From NCBI RefSeq assembly GCF_001194135.2, contig NC_069004.1, positions 15,656,442-15,720,441 on the forward strand: a stretch of 64,000 bases of DNA. Direction: 5' to 3'. This DNA is from Octopus bimaculoides. Taxonomy: Eukaryota. Of this stretch, positions 47,461 through 59,620 are shown one piece after another. Made by a program: the position numbers and the translations under genes. The notes beneath the pieces are model-generated. The model worked only from the letters and a program-made list of their open reading frames with translations, was not told where the DNA came from and ran no database searches. How positions within the stretch are numbered: the stretch's first letter is position 1; each line of letters begins with the position of its first letter.

Positions 47461-47532
47461 AAATACCTTCAGGCCTCTGACTTCCTCCAGAATGTGATGT
47501 ACATTAATGTTCAAAGCACTAATGAAGATAAG
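47461..47532 (+). CDS. TRAPPC9: TRAPPC9 coding exon 7 (KYLQASDFLQNVMYINVQSTNEDK)
   Basis: TTTTCAG|AAA acceptor; AAG|GTGAGT donor; 72 nt, phase 0-0. Matches [25 protein letters not shown]. Confidence 0.95.
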
Positions 47533-47950
47533 GTGAGTCTAAGTCATTATCTATCATAAGCCACTCTACATCAGCAGTTGATTAATCGTTATAGGTCAGT
47601 TATTAATTAGCTACTATATGTTTAACTGAAAGTCATCATGATCAAGCATATATATTGTCAGTGATATTCCAGCTGTGACTGACTGTCTTGCCTTTTTTTA
47701 TTATACCAGAGTCTACATTGTTCCAAGCATTTTTATTTTAGTATGTGATTTTAGGCAGTTTTACTTGATCTTTCTTGAAGGTCAAATAACCACATAGGGG
47801 TTTCTTGTTGGTGTCTCAAGGGGTAATTAGCCACTGACAATATGTCGGTGGTTAATAAGGTACTGTGTCAAGGTAAATAACTATTTGTCAGTTGTAAATT
47901 AGGTACTATATATCAATGGTTAATAAGGTGTTGTGTTTCAAAATAATTAA

Positions 47951-48289
47951 TTACTAGCTGAACCCATGAAAAATTCATGGAAAGCATAAAAAATGTAAGC
48001 ATCTGTAAACAGTGTACTGGTGCCATGAGAAATGTTTGTATATTATGACTGTCTATCTTTACGTTCTGAGTTCAAATTCTGCTGAGATCAACTTTGCCTT
48101 TCGCAGTCAAAAAATTAAGTACCAGTTGTGTACTAGGGTCTATCTAATCAACTGGCCCACTCCCCACAAAAAATTCAGGCCTAGAAAAGTATATTGTGAC
48201 AGTTACAGAATATAGAAAGTAATGTAACACCAAAGACTATATAATTCAACCAAAATATCTCAGTTACACATTACATAAATGGAATTACT
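47951..48289 (+). mobile_element. Helitron-like non-autonomous composite element carrying a SINE A fragment, copy 1
   Basis: 5' tactagctg.acc..tgaaaaattca.gg with a subterminal palindrome; about 90% identical to the reverse complement of 55961-56307. The repeat is certain; the Helitron class assignment is inference. Confidence 0.7.
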
Positions 48290-49177
48290 TGACATGGATA
48301 TTATAGTTGTCAAGAAATGTTACTGTTATACAAACAGTGTCATTTGTTTGTGATCCTTAGTGAAAATATGTTAGGCATTTTGTTGTGTTCATGTTCACAG
48401 AACCAAGCAAAATGTTACCTTGCTCGAAAACAGGTGAGAGTTGGCATCAAGAAAGGCATCTGGCTACAGAAAATCTTGCCTCAACAAGTTTCATCTGACC
48501 CATACAAGCAAAGATAAGTGAATGTTGTTGCTGGTAGTGGTGTTGATGGTGGATGATGTGGTGGCTTGGCAGCTGCAACAACATTTGTGTCACTGGTATA
48601 GCTGTGTGATTGCAAAATTTGCTTCACAATCACTGCATGATACTTCAGCCAAGTATCTTCTTCTGCAGCTCAGGTTGACCAATGGATGCCTTGTGAGTGG
48701 TATTCAATAAAAGGAATCTGTACAGAAACTTAGCTGTGTGTGTTTGGTGGTGGTGGGTGTGCTGCATGTCTTCACATTGGAACAGTTTGAGCAATAATGC
48801 ATTTCGTTTATATCCATAAACAAAATATTTCATACCTTGATGGTTTCATGTGAAAAGCAGCAGAATAAAAATTTCCTCACTTGGAAAATAAGTAAGGTCA
48901 GGCGACATCTGGTCATAGAATACTGCTTCAGTAAGTCTTATCCAATCTATGCCAGCATGGAAAAGGCGGGCATAAATTAGATACTGTATCATCATCGTCA
49001 ACATCATTTTGTATCCATTTTATTTTCCATTCTGGTATATATTGGACAGAACCCACAATATTTCAACATTTGCAGTTGTAGTCCTTAATCTCTCTCTCTT
49101 TCTCTTTCACTCTCTCTTTCACTCTCTCTTTCACTCTCTCTCTCTCTCTCTTTACACACACACACACACACTCCCTA

Positions 49178-49212
<35 letters not shown>

Positions 49213-49355
49213 GCAAATGTGAAAATTGATTAGCTACTGTGTGTAACTGGTTAAATAAGAGGATATCTAACACTGTGAAAATGTGCAATGTTTTATCTGT
49301 TTTCCATCACTAAAGGATTCTCTCTCATCTCTTCTCTCTCTCTTTCTTTAAACAG

Positions 49356-49554
49356 ATTCAGCGCTACAGTACATTAGCAAGCCTATACTCACAGATATGT
49401 TTCCATCGTAAAGCAGCATTTTATCGACGTATTACTGCACTTCAGAGTGTCAACCCCCAAGTTGCTCAACCTAATTGGTACCAATGTTATACCCTCTTAC
49501 TGCAGGCCCTTGATGGCTATGGTGTCACTATGGATCCACGACAGTTTACTAAAA
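49356..49554 (+). CDS. TRAPPC9: TRAPPC9 coding exon 8 (IQRYSTLASLYSQICFHRKAAFYRR...DPRQFTK)
   Basis: AAACAG|ATT acceptor; AAA|GTATGT donor, phase 0 to 1. Matches [25 protein letters not shown]. Confidence 0.96.
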
Positions 49555-50263
49555 GTATGTATTTGTTTTTAATACTGATGGTCTGAGATATGTGTGTTTG
49601 TCTGTGCATGTTTGTATGTTCTAAAGTAGTGTGAGAATTGGTAATCTGTTATGTTGATGTATTCATAAAGAACAGCATCTTGTTTAATGTTTAACACATT
49701 TTTGTTGTTGTTATTTAGCCTTAAGTTAGTCCTAATTAACCCAATCTGTCATCAATGCTATTCCAGCCATGAAGAGCTTGTCTTTTTATATATCTAGATT
49801 CCTTCTTTTTCAAGATGGTAGGATGTGAATTAATGGCAATTTGGTTGCTATATCTAGCATATCAGACAATCATGTAGAGACTCTTTCATCAGCTCTCTTA
49901 TTGTTATTAATAATAATTGGTGCTAGATATGTTGAATATATTCATATAGAATAGAGTGTCTTGTTTAAGAGTTAACGCAATTGATTAAACTTGTTGATAT
50001 ATTCATAATGAGAAAATTAAGAATCATAACTGCTTATGTGATTTGATGGAGGATTATTGTCACAAAAGTAACATGTTAACAAATTTGAGCATGGCAACAA
50101 GAACTATGTTGATGGCAGCTGTGTTTTGGCTGGATAGGATGGTGAAGAATAGTCATTTTGAAAAGTGATGGGAATCATTGTTCAGTTTTATACACACAAA
50201 TACGCTCACGCATTTCTATTCTCAGCTTCCTGTTGTAGTAAAGTTTTTTTACTATTATTTTAG

Positions 50264-50357
50264 ATGAACCCTGTGGATGGCCTGTGCTGCAGATGAAGGT
50301 ACTTCAAGAACTTATATTCTCAGCCAAGAGGATGGGCAACCCTCAGTTATCAGTCCG
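50264..50357 (+). CDS. TRAPPC9: TRAPPC9 coding exon 9 (NEPCGWPVLQMKVLQELIFSAKRMGNPQLSVR)
   Basis: TTTTAG|AT acceptor; CCG|GTAAGT donor, phase 1 to 2. Matches [28 protein letters not shown]. Confidence 0.96.
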
Positions 50358-50741
50358 GTAAGTCACATTAAACTTTATGTCTTGTTTTCAGTGATTTTTT
50401 GAAGCAATGCGTTGGACTTCCTGCTACCTTTGTTTACTGTGACATCTCTCCAAAAGGTTTGACTACTGCATCTCCCTAAGACCTATATGTATTGTGTCTT
50501 CCTAAAGTTTAATATAACTCCTTAATACATATGTCTTGCAAATTATTCTGAGGCTTATGTCCATTGTGTCTCTCAGAGCTTTTTCACTCTGTCTCAAGTT
50601 CATTGTTTCTCTAAGTGTAGCTCTAATGCATCTCTAAGAATTAAGTCCAGTATGTCTTTCTAAAGCCTTGTCTTCTCCCTTAAGATGACACCTGCTGTAC
50701 TATTCGACCGAAAATTTGTGTTATTCTGTTCTATTTTTCAG

Positions 50742-50918
50742 ACACATGACGTTCCTACTACACTCCATGCTTGATCACATGTCACCCCAGGAGAGGAGAG
50801 ATGTTGCCACTACCCTCAAATCCAATACAGCTCGTTGTGAAGGAATTCCTCAACCCCTTGCCACAGATAGCGGCATAATCTTCCCTCCAGTTTCCCTGAC
50901 AAAATTGCCTATTGTGAA
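50742..50918 (+). CDS. TRAPPC9: TRAPPC9 coding exon 10 (HMTFLLHSMLDHMSPQERRDVA...PPVSLTKLPIVK)
   Basis: TTTTCAG|A acceptor; GAA|GTATGT donor, phase 2-2. Matches [22 protein letters not shown]...PPVPFTKLPIVR. Confidence 0.96.
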
Positions 50919-51524
50919 GTATGTATTGCCAGCACTACCTTAGTTTTCATGCTTTGTTTCACTTACTTCATAGTGATGCAGTTATCTTGAGGTTATTTTA
51001 CTGATCACAATCATGAGCTCAAATCTTACCACCAATTGCTATTGTGCTCTGTGCCTAGCAAAATAACAAAACTATTTTAGGAGTGGTACCTTTTATCAAT
51101 CTGCCTAACAAATAAAAGGTACCACTCTTTCTTTACAGTTCAGTGGTTCACTGCAGAGAGATGTATCCAGCTGTAAAGCAATAGGTATTCTCACAAAATC
51201 CTCTCACCAATGCTGTCATATAAATAGCTGTAAAATAGCAATTAATGTTGGGTTTACATATTTTTTTAAGCAGTAGATGACATTCATTGTATTACTGATA
51301 CCTTTATCAATATTTGAGGATGAAATTAAAGGGATAAGTTTAGTCAATTACATTGGCCTCTGCATTTGACTGATACTTTGTCTTAGTGACTCCAAAGAGA
51401 TGAAAGGCACCTCTGTGGGATTTGAGTTCAGAATAGAAAGACCCAGAAACTCCACAAGGCATTTTGTGTAACACTCTTATGATTCTACCAAGCCACCTAA
51501 TAATAATATTGATATAATAATAAT

Positions 51525-51720
51525 CCTTTCTATTATAGGCACAAGGCCTGAAGTTTTGGGGGAGGGAGAGCTGGTTGATTGCATTGACCCCAGTGTTCAG
51601 CTGGTACTTATTTCATCAACCCTGTAAAGATGAAAGCAAAGTCGACCTTGGCAGAATCTGAACTTGGAACATTAAGATAGATGAAGTGCTGCTAAGTTCG
51701 TTAATGATTCTGCTCGCTCA
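51525..51720 (-). mobile_element. SINE family A-related copy
   Basis: attgaccccagtg...ctggtactta...gatgaaagcaaagtcgaccttggcagaatctgaact. Confidence 0.75.
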
Positions 51721-51853
51721 CCACCTAGAGACAGGTGAAATGCCACTAGGCATTTTGGCTGGTGTGCTAATGATTCTTCTAGCTTGCCACCCTATTGATA
51801 ATGGTAAGATATGTGTTCTCTATGTCAATATGGGGAGATGTGCAGCATGAGAA

Positions 51854-51994
51854 CACTAGTGCAGCTAGAGTGTGTGCCACCTGGGGTGGCCCTTCAGTTT
51901 GCTACCCCCAGGCTCCCACAAAACGTTGCCACCAAAAAGTGGTGCCACCCTCATAAAACTGCCACCCCCTCTGCCCTCTCTAGCTTCACTAGTG
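51854..51994. mobile_element. 141-bp hAT-type MITE
   Basis: 17-bp TIRs with 16/17 match (cactagtgcagctagag / ctctagcttcactagtg); 8-bp flanks catgagaa and cacaagaa. Confidence 0.8.
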
Positions 51995-52349
51995 CACAAG
52001 AAGCCAAGGGAATATATATCGATAATTTTACCTCCACGTGGTATTTATGTATAGCTATTTGATTCAATTAGTGTCTCATTATTTTTTTGTATTAAAGGGA
52101 ATGAGTTGGCACAGTAAATAGAATATCATTGAATTTTATGGTTCCAAGTTCAAATCAAGCCAAAATTTACTTTACTCCATATTTTCCCCTGTCTATGATA
52201 TAAGTACCAGTAATTTTCAAGGGTCAGTACTGACCTATTACTTTATGCACAAAATTATTAATTCTTTATATATTTTCTTGTATGTCCTCATCAGTTCTTT
52301 GCACAAATGCAGTCAGGTTTGATTTTGCCTTGTTCTGTAATACATATAC

Positions 52350-52640
52350 TAGTGGTTCTCAACTCTGATTTTTCACTGGTCATCTTTGAAAGGCAGGAAC
52401 GAGGTATCTCCCATGTATCTTTGTATTCATTACTAGAATATGATAGTACAAGTTACTTCCCTTGAATCTTAAAGCATTGTTTAAATTGCATTTATTTTTA
52501 TAGGCGTATATCATAATATTTACATAATTACATAGTGGTTTGCCAAGGGTGTGTTGTGGTATGCTAGAAACAAATGTAGTTCATAGTCACATTAATAACA
52601 GAAAAGAATGACTTTGCGTGAGAGGTGGAAAAATCACTCT
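52350..52640. mobile_element. Possible decayed hAT-Charlie-like MITE
   Basis: Left end tagtggttctcaac; weak right end ggtggaaaaatcact. Confidence 0.3.
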
Positions 52641-53283
52641 GTTCTTCATAGACAATGATTCCTTTAACCCAGGATTGAGCTGCAACCAAGGAGACCTCAT
52701 AAGGACTTGTGTGTGTACAAGTGCATTGCCATGAGTATCAAGTCCTCACCCATCTTCTCTGTATGCTGTGCTTGCTTTCATTGTTGCTTAAATAACCCCT
52801 TTTAATGTGGGAATCACTGGAACATGATAGGACATTCTGTGATGTGGGATGATATTTCTACAAGCTTACTGGGTGATATTCAAGGCCTGTTGTCTGATCT
52901 AAGTGTGGTCTCATTCTAGTTACTAAAGCTTTAAGGTTTTGATCCTAGACTTTGCTACAATAGTAACATTATGGAAACAACTGAAAAAAATTATTCTGAA
53001 TAGAAAATAAAACTCAATATTATGACAGTATATGACATTTTTCTTTCATGTCTCTGACAACGACCAGAGTAGCAGCTTTACTCTTTGGGATTCTGAGGTG
53101 GTTTATTAGGCTAATATTGGCATAAAAATCATGCTTCCTGAATAGGCACATAACAACAGAGTTAGGATTCTTGCCTTCCATGCAGCCTCTTCTCTTAAGT
53201 TTCTCTCTCTGCATATATGCACATACACACATGATAATCATGTTTATTATCCCAATTTCAATGAATAATTGTTTAAATTTTAC

Positions 53284-53318
<35 letters not shown>

Positions 53319-53479
53319 TAATAATATTGAAAACATTTCCCCTCGTTTTTACAATTTTTATCTCTTTGGCCACTTACAAAATCAATCTTCTGTGTAAAGC
53401 AAGTTACAACTGTATTTCTTTTTCTTTATAGTCTCCCCATCTTCTTTCTCACTATTATTTTTATTATTATTTACGTTAT

Positions 53480-55330
53480 CATTGCTTTGTTTTATATGAG
53501 CTGTTCCAAGTCTCACCCAGAGACCTCAAGTAACAGCAACTCGGATGTTTTAGTATGGCTTTTATTTTATGGTTAGCAATGATATATTGCTAGGAAAGGA
53601 TACTGGATTTTGAGAACTAACATTCCATTAACTTAGTAATATTTCAATTTCGAAAGAGTTTTAAAAGAATCATAGAATCATGTATTTTCAGGTTGGTAGT
53701 TTTTCTCTTAAGACGTGGGCAGTAACCACAAGAACAATTTTTTGTAGTTCTGATACTTTTGGGTTTCCTGGTAATTGGCCATAGTGTTGTAGCACCATTT
53801 GGTATTGTTCCCAAAGCTCTGATGATCACAGGTAAGATTGTTGTTCTTAGATGCCACATTTTTGAAACCTCTATTTCAAGGTTCTTATATTTACTTAACT
53901 TTGCCAATGTTTTTATTGGAAGTGTTGCAGTCTGCTAGGATTGACATGTCTATGAGCAAGTGTGTTTCGTCATGTATTTTTTATTTTACCATAGCACGAT
54001 CAGTTCGAGTACTTAAGTCCCAAAAAACAGTGATGTCTTTATTTTCTACTACATTGTCAGGTTTATGTTCTCACTAGTTCTTTTCATACTTATGGCATAT
54101 GACCCAGTACAAATATTGGCCAAGTTTGTTTTGGCAATTTTATCTCTGGTTGCTCGACGATGTGGCAGGCAGAATCAGCATCATTTTTAAGAATGCTTGC
54201 TTGACAGTTTCTGGTGGACAGACACTAATCTTGAGCTATAGTGCTATAGTGAAACCTTCTGTGTCTGATTTAAGTCCAGATGTTGCCAACTATTGATGGG
54301 TCGTATTTGGATCTACATCAGGGTCACTGGCCTTCGTAGGGCATTTGCCATGCAATGCCTTACTTTCTCATGTATTTTGCAGCTCTTAGATTCCATTTGA
54401 TTTGGCATGTGATTTTTATTTGGTTTGCTCTCCGTTTCATCTAGTTGTGATTCAGTCTCATTGTTCTTCAACACTTTTAGATATCTCTTTACTTCTGATA
54501 TTGAGTACATTTTTTTGAACTTGAATATGAGTAGACAGGTTTAATTATTGTGTCAGGGGTGTTTTAGATAGGTGTCTATCTCTATGATTGCTGTCGTGAG
54601 AGACAGTTGCAGTGGTATCAGTTCATGTCCTCCATCCTTTCATGGAGGATATAAACTGTAGTACTAGTCTATCTACATCTGCCTTTCGGTAATGCATGTG
54701 GTGTATTGAGAGAAACTTGCATATTTTTGTATCAGTTTTACTGATTTCACTGATGATGTTGAAGCTGTAGATCTCAACAGGTATGGCCAAGGTATTGGTT
54801 GCATCAATCTTGTTAGCTGCATTAGGTTTGCTCTTTAGGATTGCTTTAACTATGATAACATTCTTTGTATTTTCTTTTTGTACACTTGTGAGTGCTTAAT
54901 GCCATCTACTTCACATACACCTAAATATTTGTATTTTTTTTAGGATCTAATTTCAGGTATTTTCCCTTGAGGATGTGGCTTTAGCTCATTTATCAAGGCT
55001 AAAATCCATTCCAGTATCATCCAGTATATTGTAATGCTGCTAAGAAATCTTTCGATTAGTCAAAGATTATGTAATGGAACTTGCATGAAAGTGCAAAGAC
55101 TTCATGAACATTGTGTGGAGGCATGATTGGTAATAGCTCCAACAGAGGTCATACAGTTCTAATACCCAGAATTAAACTTAGCCCAAGTGATGCAAATATT
55201 CCAGTCACACTAAATAGAGTTCAGTTTCCACTTTGACTTGCATATTCAGTGACAATTAACAAGGCTCAAGGGCAAACGTTTGAAACAGTTGGAATACATT
55301 TGCCCCAAACGGTATTTTCTCATGGCCAAT
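53480..55330 (-). mobile_element. R4/Dong/NeSL-like LINE, RT C-terminus to RLE (decayed)
   Basis: SGLKSDTEGF, VFWDL..RTDR, LIDMS, KYKNLEIEVSKMWHL...PVII.ALG and GMDF.LDK.AKA. Confidence 0.82.
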
Positions 55331-55657
55331 TATATGTCGCATTTTCAAGAGCATGAGCTATGAACAATATCAAAGTAAGAGTTATGACACTCAAATGGGA
55401 TAACAGACAAGACCAAAAACGTGGTGTGACATACACACAAAATATTGTCTACCATGAAGTACTGAGGAAGACCACCTCACCAGCTAGCATCACCACCCCA
55501 CCAACTGCTCCATCATTATACATCCACATTACACCTTTAAGATCTGAGAACCAGTTAGGGGCTCACTGGATCTCTTTCGGCAGACCAACAAACCGCAAAA
55601 TCACACCAGCTAGCATCACCACTACCTCCAAGCCCATCATATATAAATATGTATGTA

Positions 55658-55689
<32 letters not shown>

Positions 55690-55697
<8 letters not shown>

Positions 55698-55895
55698 TGT
55701 CTGTGTTTGTCCCACCACCACCATTGCTTGACAACCAATGTTGGTGTGTTTGAATCCCTGTAATTTAGCTGTTCAGCAGAAGAGACTGATAGAATAAGCA
55801 CCAGGCTGACAGGAGGGGGTCAATTTCTTTGACTAAAGGATGGTGCTCCAGCATGGCCACCGTCAAATGACTAAAACAAGTAAAAGAATAAAAGA
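55690..55895 (+). mobile_element. SINE family B 3' part after (GT)n
   Basis: tgcttgacaacc..tgttggtgtgttt...cagcatggccaccgtcaaatgactaaaacaagtaaaaga. Confidence 0.8.
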
Positions 55896-55960
55896 ATACC
55901 AGAGAAATGTTCTGTACCACTAAACCAAGAAGGTTCTTTGAATATGTACGAAGGTTAAAT

Positions 55961-56307
55961 AGTAATTCCATTTACGTTTGTGTAACTCAAATATTTTGGG
56001 TGGATTATATAGTCGTTGATGTTACATTACTTTCTATATTCTGTAACTGCCACAATATACTTTTCTAGGCCTGACATTTTTGTGGGGAGGGGACCAGTTG
56101 ATTAGATTGACCCCAGTACACAACTGGTACTTAATTTATTGACCCCCAAAAGGATGAAAGGCAAAGTCGACCTTGGCAGAATTTGAACTCAGAATGTAAA
56201 GACAGACGGTCATAATATACAAACATTTCTCATGGCACCAGCACACTGTTTACAGATGCTTACATTTTTTATGTTTTCCGTGAATTTTTCACGGATCCAG
56301 CTAGTAA
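55961..56307 (-). mobile_element. Helitron-like composite element, copy 2
   Basis: Reverse complement of 47951-48289; perfect palindrome ccgtgaa-aaa-ttcacgg near the 5' end. Confidence 0.7.
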
Positions 56308-56339
56308 TATTATTAATATTATTATTAATATTATTATTA

Positions 56340-59300
56340 TACAATAAGAAGAGCACAATGCGATTTGTAATAGATTGTTCATTTAATAGTTTGAATAATA
56401 TAACAGGCTGTCTTCTTCAAGTGGAAAATGTGAAATGAAAACAACTGCATAAACACAGAAATTCAAAATATAAATGCGGAAATCCTGCATTCCTATTTGA
56501 TAGAATGACGTCATCAGTTTTCAGTTTTGTAACTGGTAAAAAGAAAGAAAAGAGAAAAGAAAATATATTTAGTCGAATAGTTTTGTGTACATGTGATGAA
56601 ATTCACCTGTCATTTTATTCATTCCTCGAGGGTGTGAGATTAGTAATTCACAAATATAATTGACCTCTTGCATTTTGAGGACCGACAGTATAGTAGATTC
56701 AGAATATTTTCTGAGAATGTGCACCTTCAGGTGTTCCTCAAAATTGCAGCCACTTGATGTAAAATGTTCAGCAAGTTTTGTTGAACAACTGTTATTGTGC
56801 CGGACGTCAAACCTGTGCCCATTGAATCTTTTGTTTAATTGTTCTGTTGTACAACCAACATAAATCAAGTTGTGTTTGATGCATTCTATTGTGTACACCA
56901 AATGGGAATCTTTACATATCCCACCTTCCTTCAAGAGGGCTTACCTCTGTTATGGCTGTTTTTCAAGGTACAACATTCAGAAACTCCAATGGTAGTTTTC
57001 TTGGAGTTAGAGATGGTGGTTTATATTTCTCTTATATTGTTATTTCATCTAAAGGTGGCTGAGAGAATATTTGTTTGAAACAAAGATATTTTTCTGCAAC
57101 ATGCTGGTAACACTTTTGTAATACTTTTGAAATGCCTGTTAATCACTAAAAGAATTCTATCACATATTTTACTTTGTTTGCTAAAATTATGTATGAAAGT
57201 TTGACTTTCCTTACTAATCTTAGCTATGTCATTAGCAATTTCCTTTAATCGTGGTTCACTTTAATCACATTTGACATAATGGTGTACAAAAGTGTTTGCA
57301 TGTTTCCAGTAATCTCCTATATCAGTACAAGTCCATTTTATCCTCAAAATAACTCTGTCACTATTCTGCCTCCAGAAAACTTGATTTTTATATCCAAAAT
57401 TTCAAGTTTTTGAAAAACTAGGTGTAAATTTTATATTGGAGTTAAAGCCATACTTTTTAGCATAATGATCTCAGAAATGCGAGAAACTAATTAAACTGTT
57501 CTGTGATCCTTCTCAAAAAGATGTCATCAGTGAACTGTAACCAGTGTATTGGTTCATGACCGTGCAGAGACTTGAATGTCTCCAGTACCTGTGTCACAAA
57601 TTTCGTCATGCAAACATAAGTGAAATTAACTGCCATGAGGGTACCCATGGCACAACCCCTCGTCTGGTGGTAAAAGTTTTGTCCAAACTTTACTGTGTTA
57701 CAAACTTCAATAACTTACAGCGAAAGTTACATGGAATACTTGTTTGACTGTTTTTCAAAGGCATTCATGCATGCTTCCACCCTGTCATCAGGGTCAGTAT
57801 CAGGATATAGTGAAGAAACATTTATAGCTATCAAAAAACGGTTTTCAACACTACTTTGATGCTTAGAAAAGTTAATTTTGGACATTAAATCAAAAGTGTC
57901 CTGAACATAGTAACTTGATCTTTTTTGCTACAGGGAGTAGAAAGCCATCCAGCCACTCTGAAATTTTGGCTGCACAACATTCATATCTGCTGCTAATTGG
58001 GTACATTGGAGGAAATGTTTCAAACTTTTTGTGAATTTTGGGGAGACTATAAAATGCAGGTGTTCCTTGTTCTGACCATAAAATCTTCAATTCAGTTTCA
58101 TTTATGAAATTGCTTTCCTCCATTTCCAGAATTATATTTTCAAGTTCCTCTCTATAATTGGGGTTTGGATCAACAGGTAATTTTTCATATGAAGTTTTGT
58201 CATTTAAAACTTCTTCACAAGCCAAAATATACTCACCCTTGTCTATAATTACAATAGTGCCTCCTTTATCCACCATTTTAATAACAATAGAACCGTTAGT
58301 AGCTCAATGACAGAGTGCATAATGCTGGGAATTTGTGATGTTATTCCAGGACTTCTTTCTACTTGTTTTTACAGTTTTCCCAAATTCCTGTCTGACAAGG
58401 TTCAAGAAATTCTAGCAGTGTTTGCGAATATCCATCCAGAACTTTATCCAAATACCAATAGTAATTCATTTCAATCGAATTATGCCAGATCCAATCATCA
58501 TCGTTTTCAATAAATATGAGGTACTCTGACTCATTGTTATTATTTTTTTCAAAAAGACATTTCTTCAGCTTGTGTTGGCGGACAAACTGAAATAGCCCTT
58601 GGGTTAGTTTATTTTTATAGAAATTCTTAGTGCTTGGGCAGAAACTCAGTCTAAGCTCTGGGACAGAGATATTGTCCAGTGAAAGCTTTAGCTTAGATAA
58701 ATTTATGACTTATTCTCTAGTGTGATAGACTTTCTTGGGCAAGTATTTTTCACAGTCTTACTTTCATTGATTTCTAACTATCTTTAGATTTTTGGTTGAA
58801 TTCTTTACTTACAACATGGAACAGGTGATAAAAATTGTTTTGAATGTTTATGTGAGAAGTCATAATTTTTAGTTGTCTTTCTAGGAGTAATCCATTTCTG
58901 GGTGGGTGATAGAAAGTGAGTAACTTTCTTGGTTTTTGTTGAAAAACTTTTACTTTCAGGAAAAGAACAAATTTATTGTTCTCAAGGCAAAATTTTAAAT
59001 GTGTTTGCCTTTTTGACTGATTAAATATAAACTTCTCTGGAGAGTTTCCAATGATTAGTTCAACGACCTGGGGATTAGTAATTTGAACTTGTTGAACTGT
59101 AGGAATTATGTTTGTTTGTGGCAAGTACAGCGTTGTTATCTGTGGGGTTAGTTCTTGTAATACTGCTAAGTTTAAACTGTCATAAACATATTCTCCTAAA
59201 AAATTGGTCATTACAATAAGATGATTGTTTTTGGTGTAATGTGCACTGTGGCCTGTATGTTAGAAATTCAGTGTGAGAAAAAACGGTCAGTTGTATTAGA

Positions 59301-59620
59301 ATTTCAGGAAAATTTTCCACTATTATTTTCAACCCGGTGTCAACAAGTTTGTCACATAACATTTGTCACAAAAATAAAAATGACTTTTCGTATTTCAAAG
59401 CAAACGTTCTCAACCAAAATGTTCCCTTGCCCATTGGCTCAGAGCAATGAGAAATCAACATTTTCAGTTTCTTTTCCTTTATTGTCCTCAGGGACAAAAA
59501 TTCCTTCTTTTCAAAGTTCATCAGACAATATACACAAATGACTGAAATAATTTTTACAAGAACATACCTGTTGAAGGTTACTCAGATCCTTCTTAATGTC
59601 TGCATCCGTCAAGGATTGAC
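56340..59620 (-). mobile_element. Near full-length Penelope-like retroelement (RT plus C-terminal GIY-YIG), decayed
   Basis: DKGG..V..DK..Y...L.DK..YEKL..DP, FYSLPKIHK..PP, GCAMG (57644-58), W.QFTDDIF (about 57520), and an intact 121-aa GIY-YIG segment (LVY.IEC....YVG.T...L.KRF.GH...AEHF...E...I..L....P.GMN) at 56569-56934; AAT-rich tail. The 5' boundary is uncertain. Confidence 0.88.

Noticed and set aside
56390-56440. Hammerhead at the 3' end of the long PLE (cttgaagaagac...)
   Set aside because: The core is not CUGANGA and no GAAA follows a stem II; at best a heavily decayed remnant.
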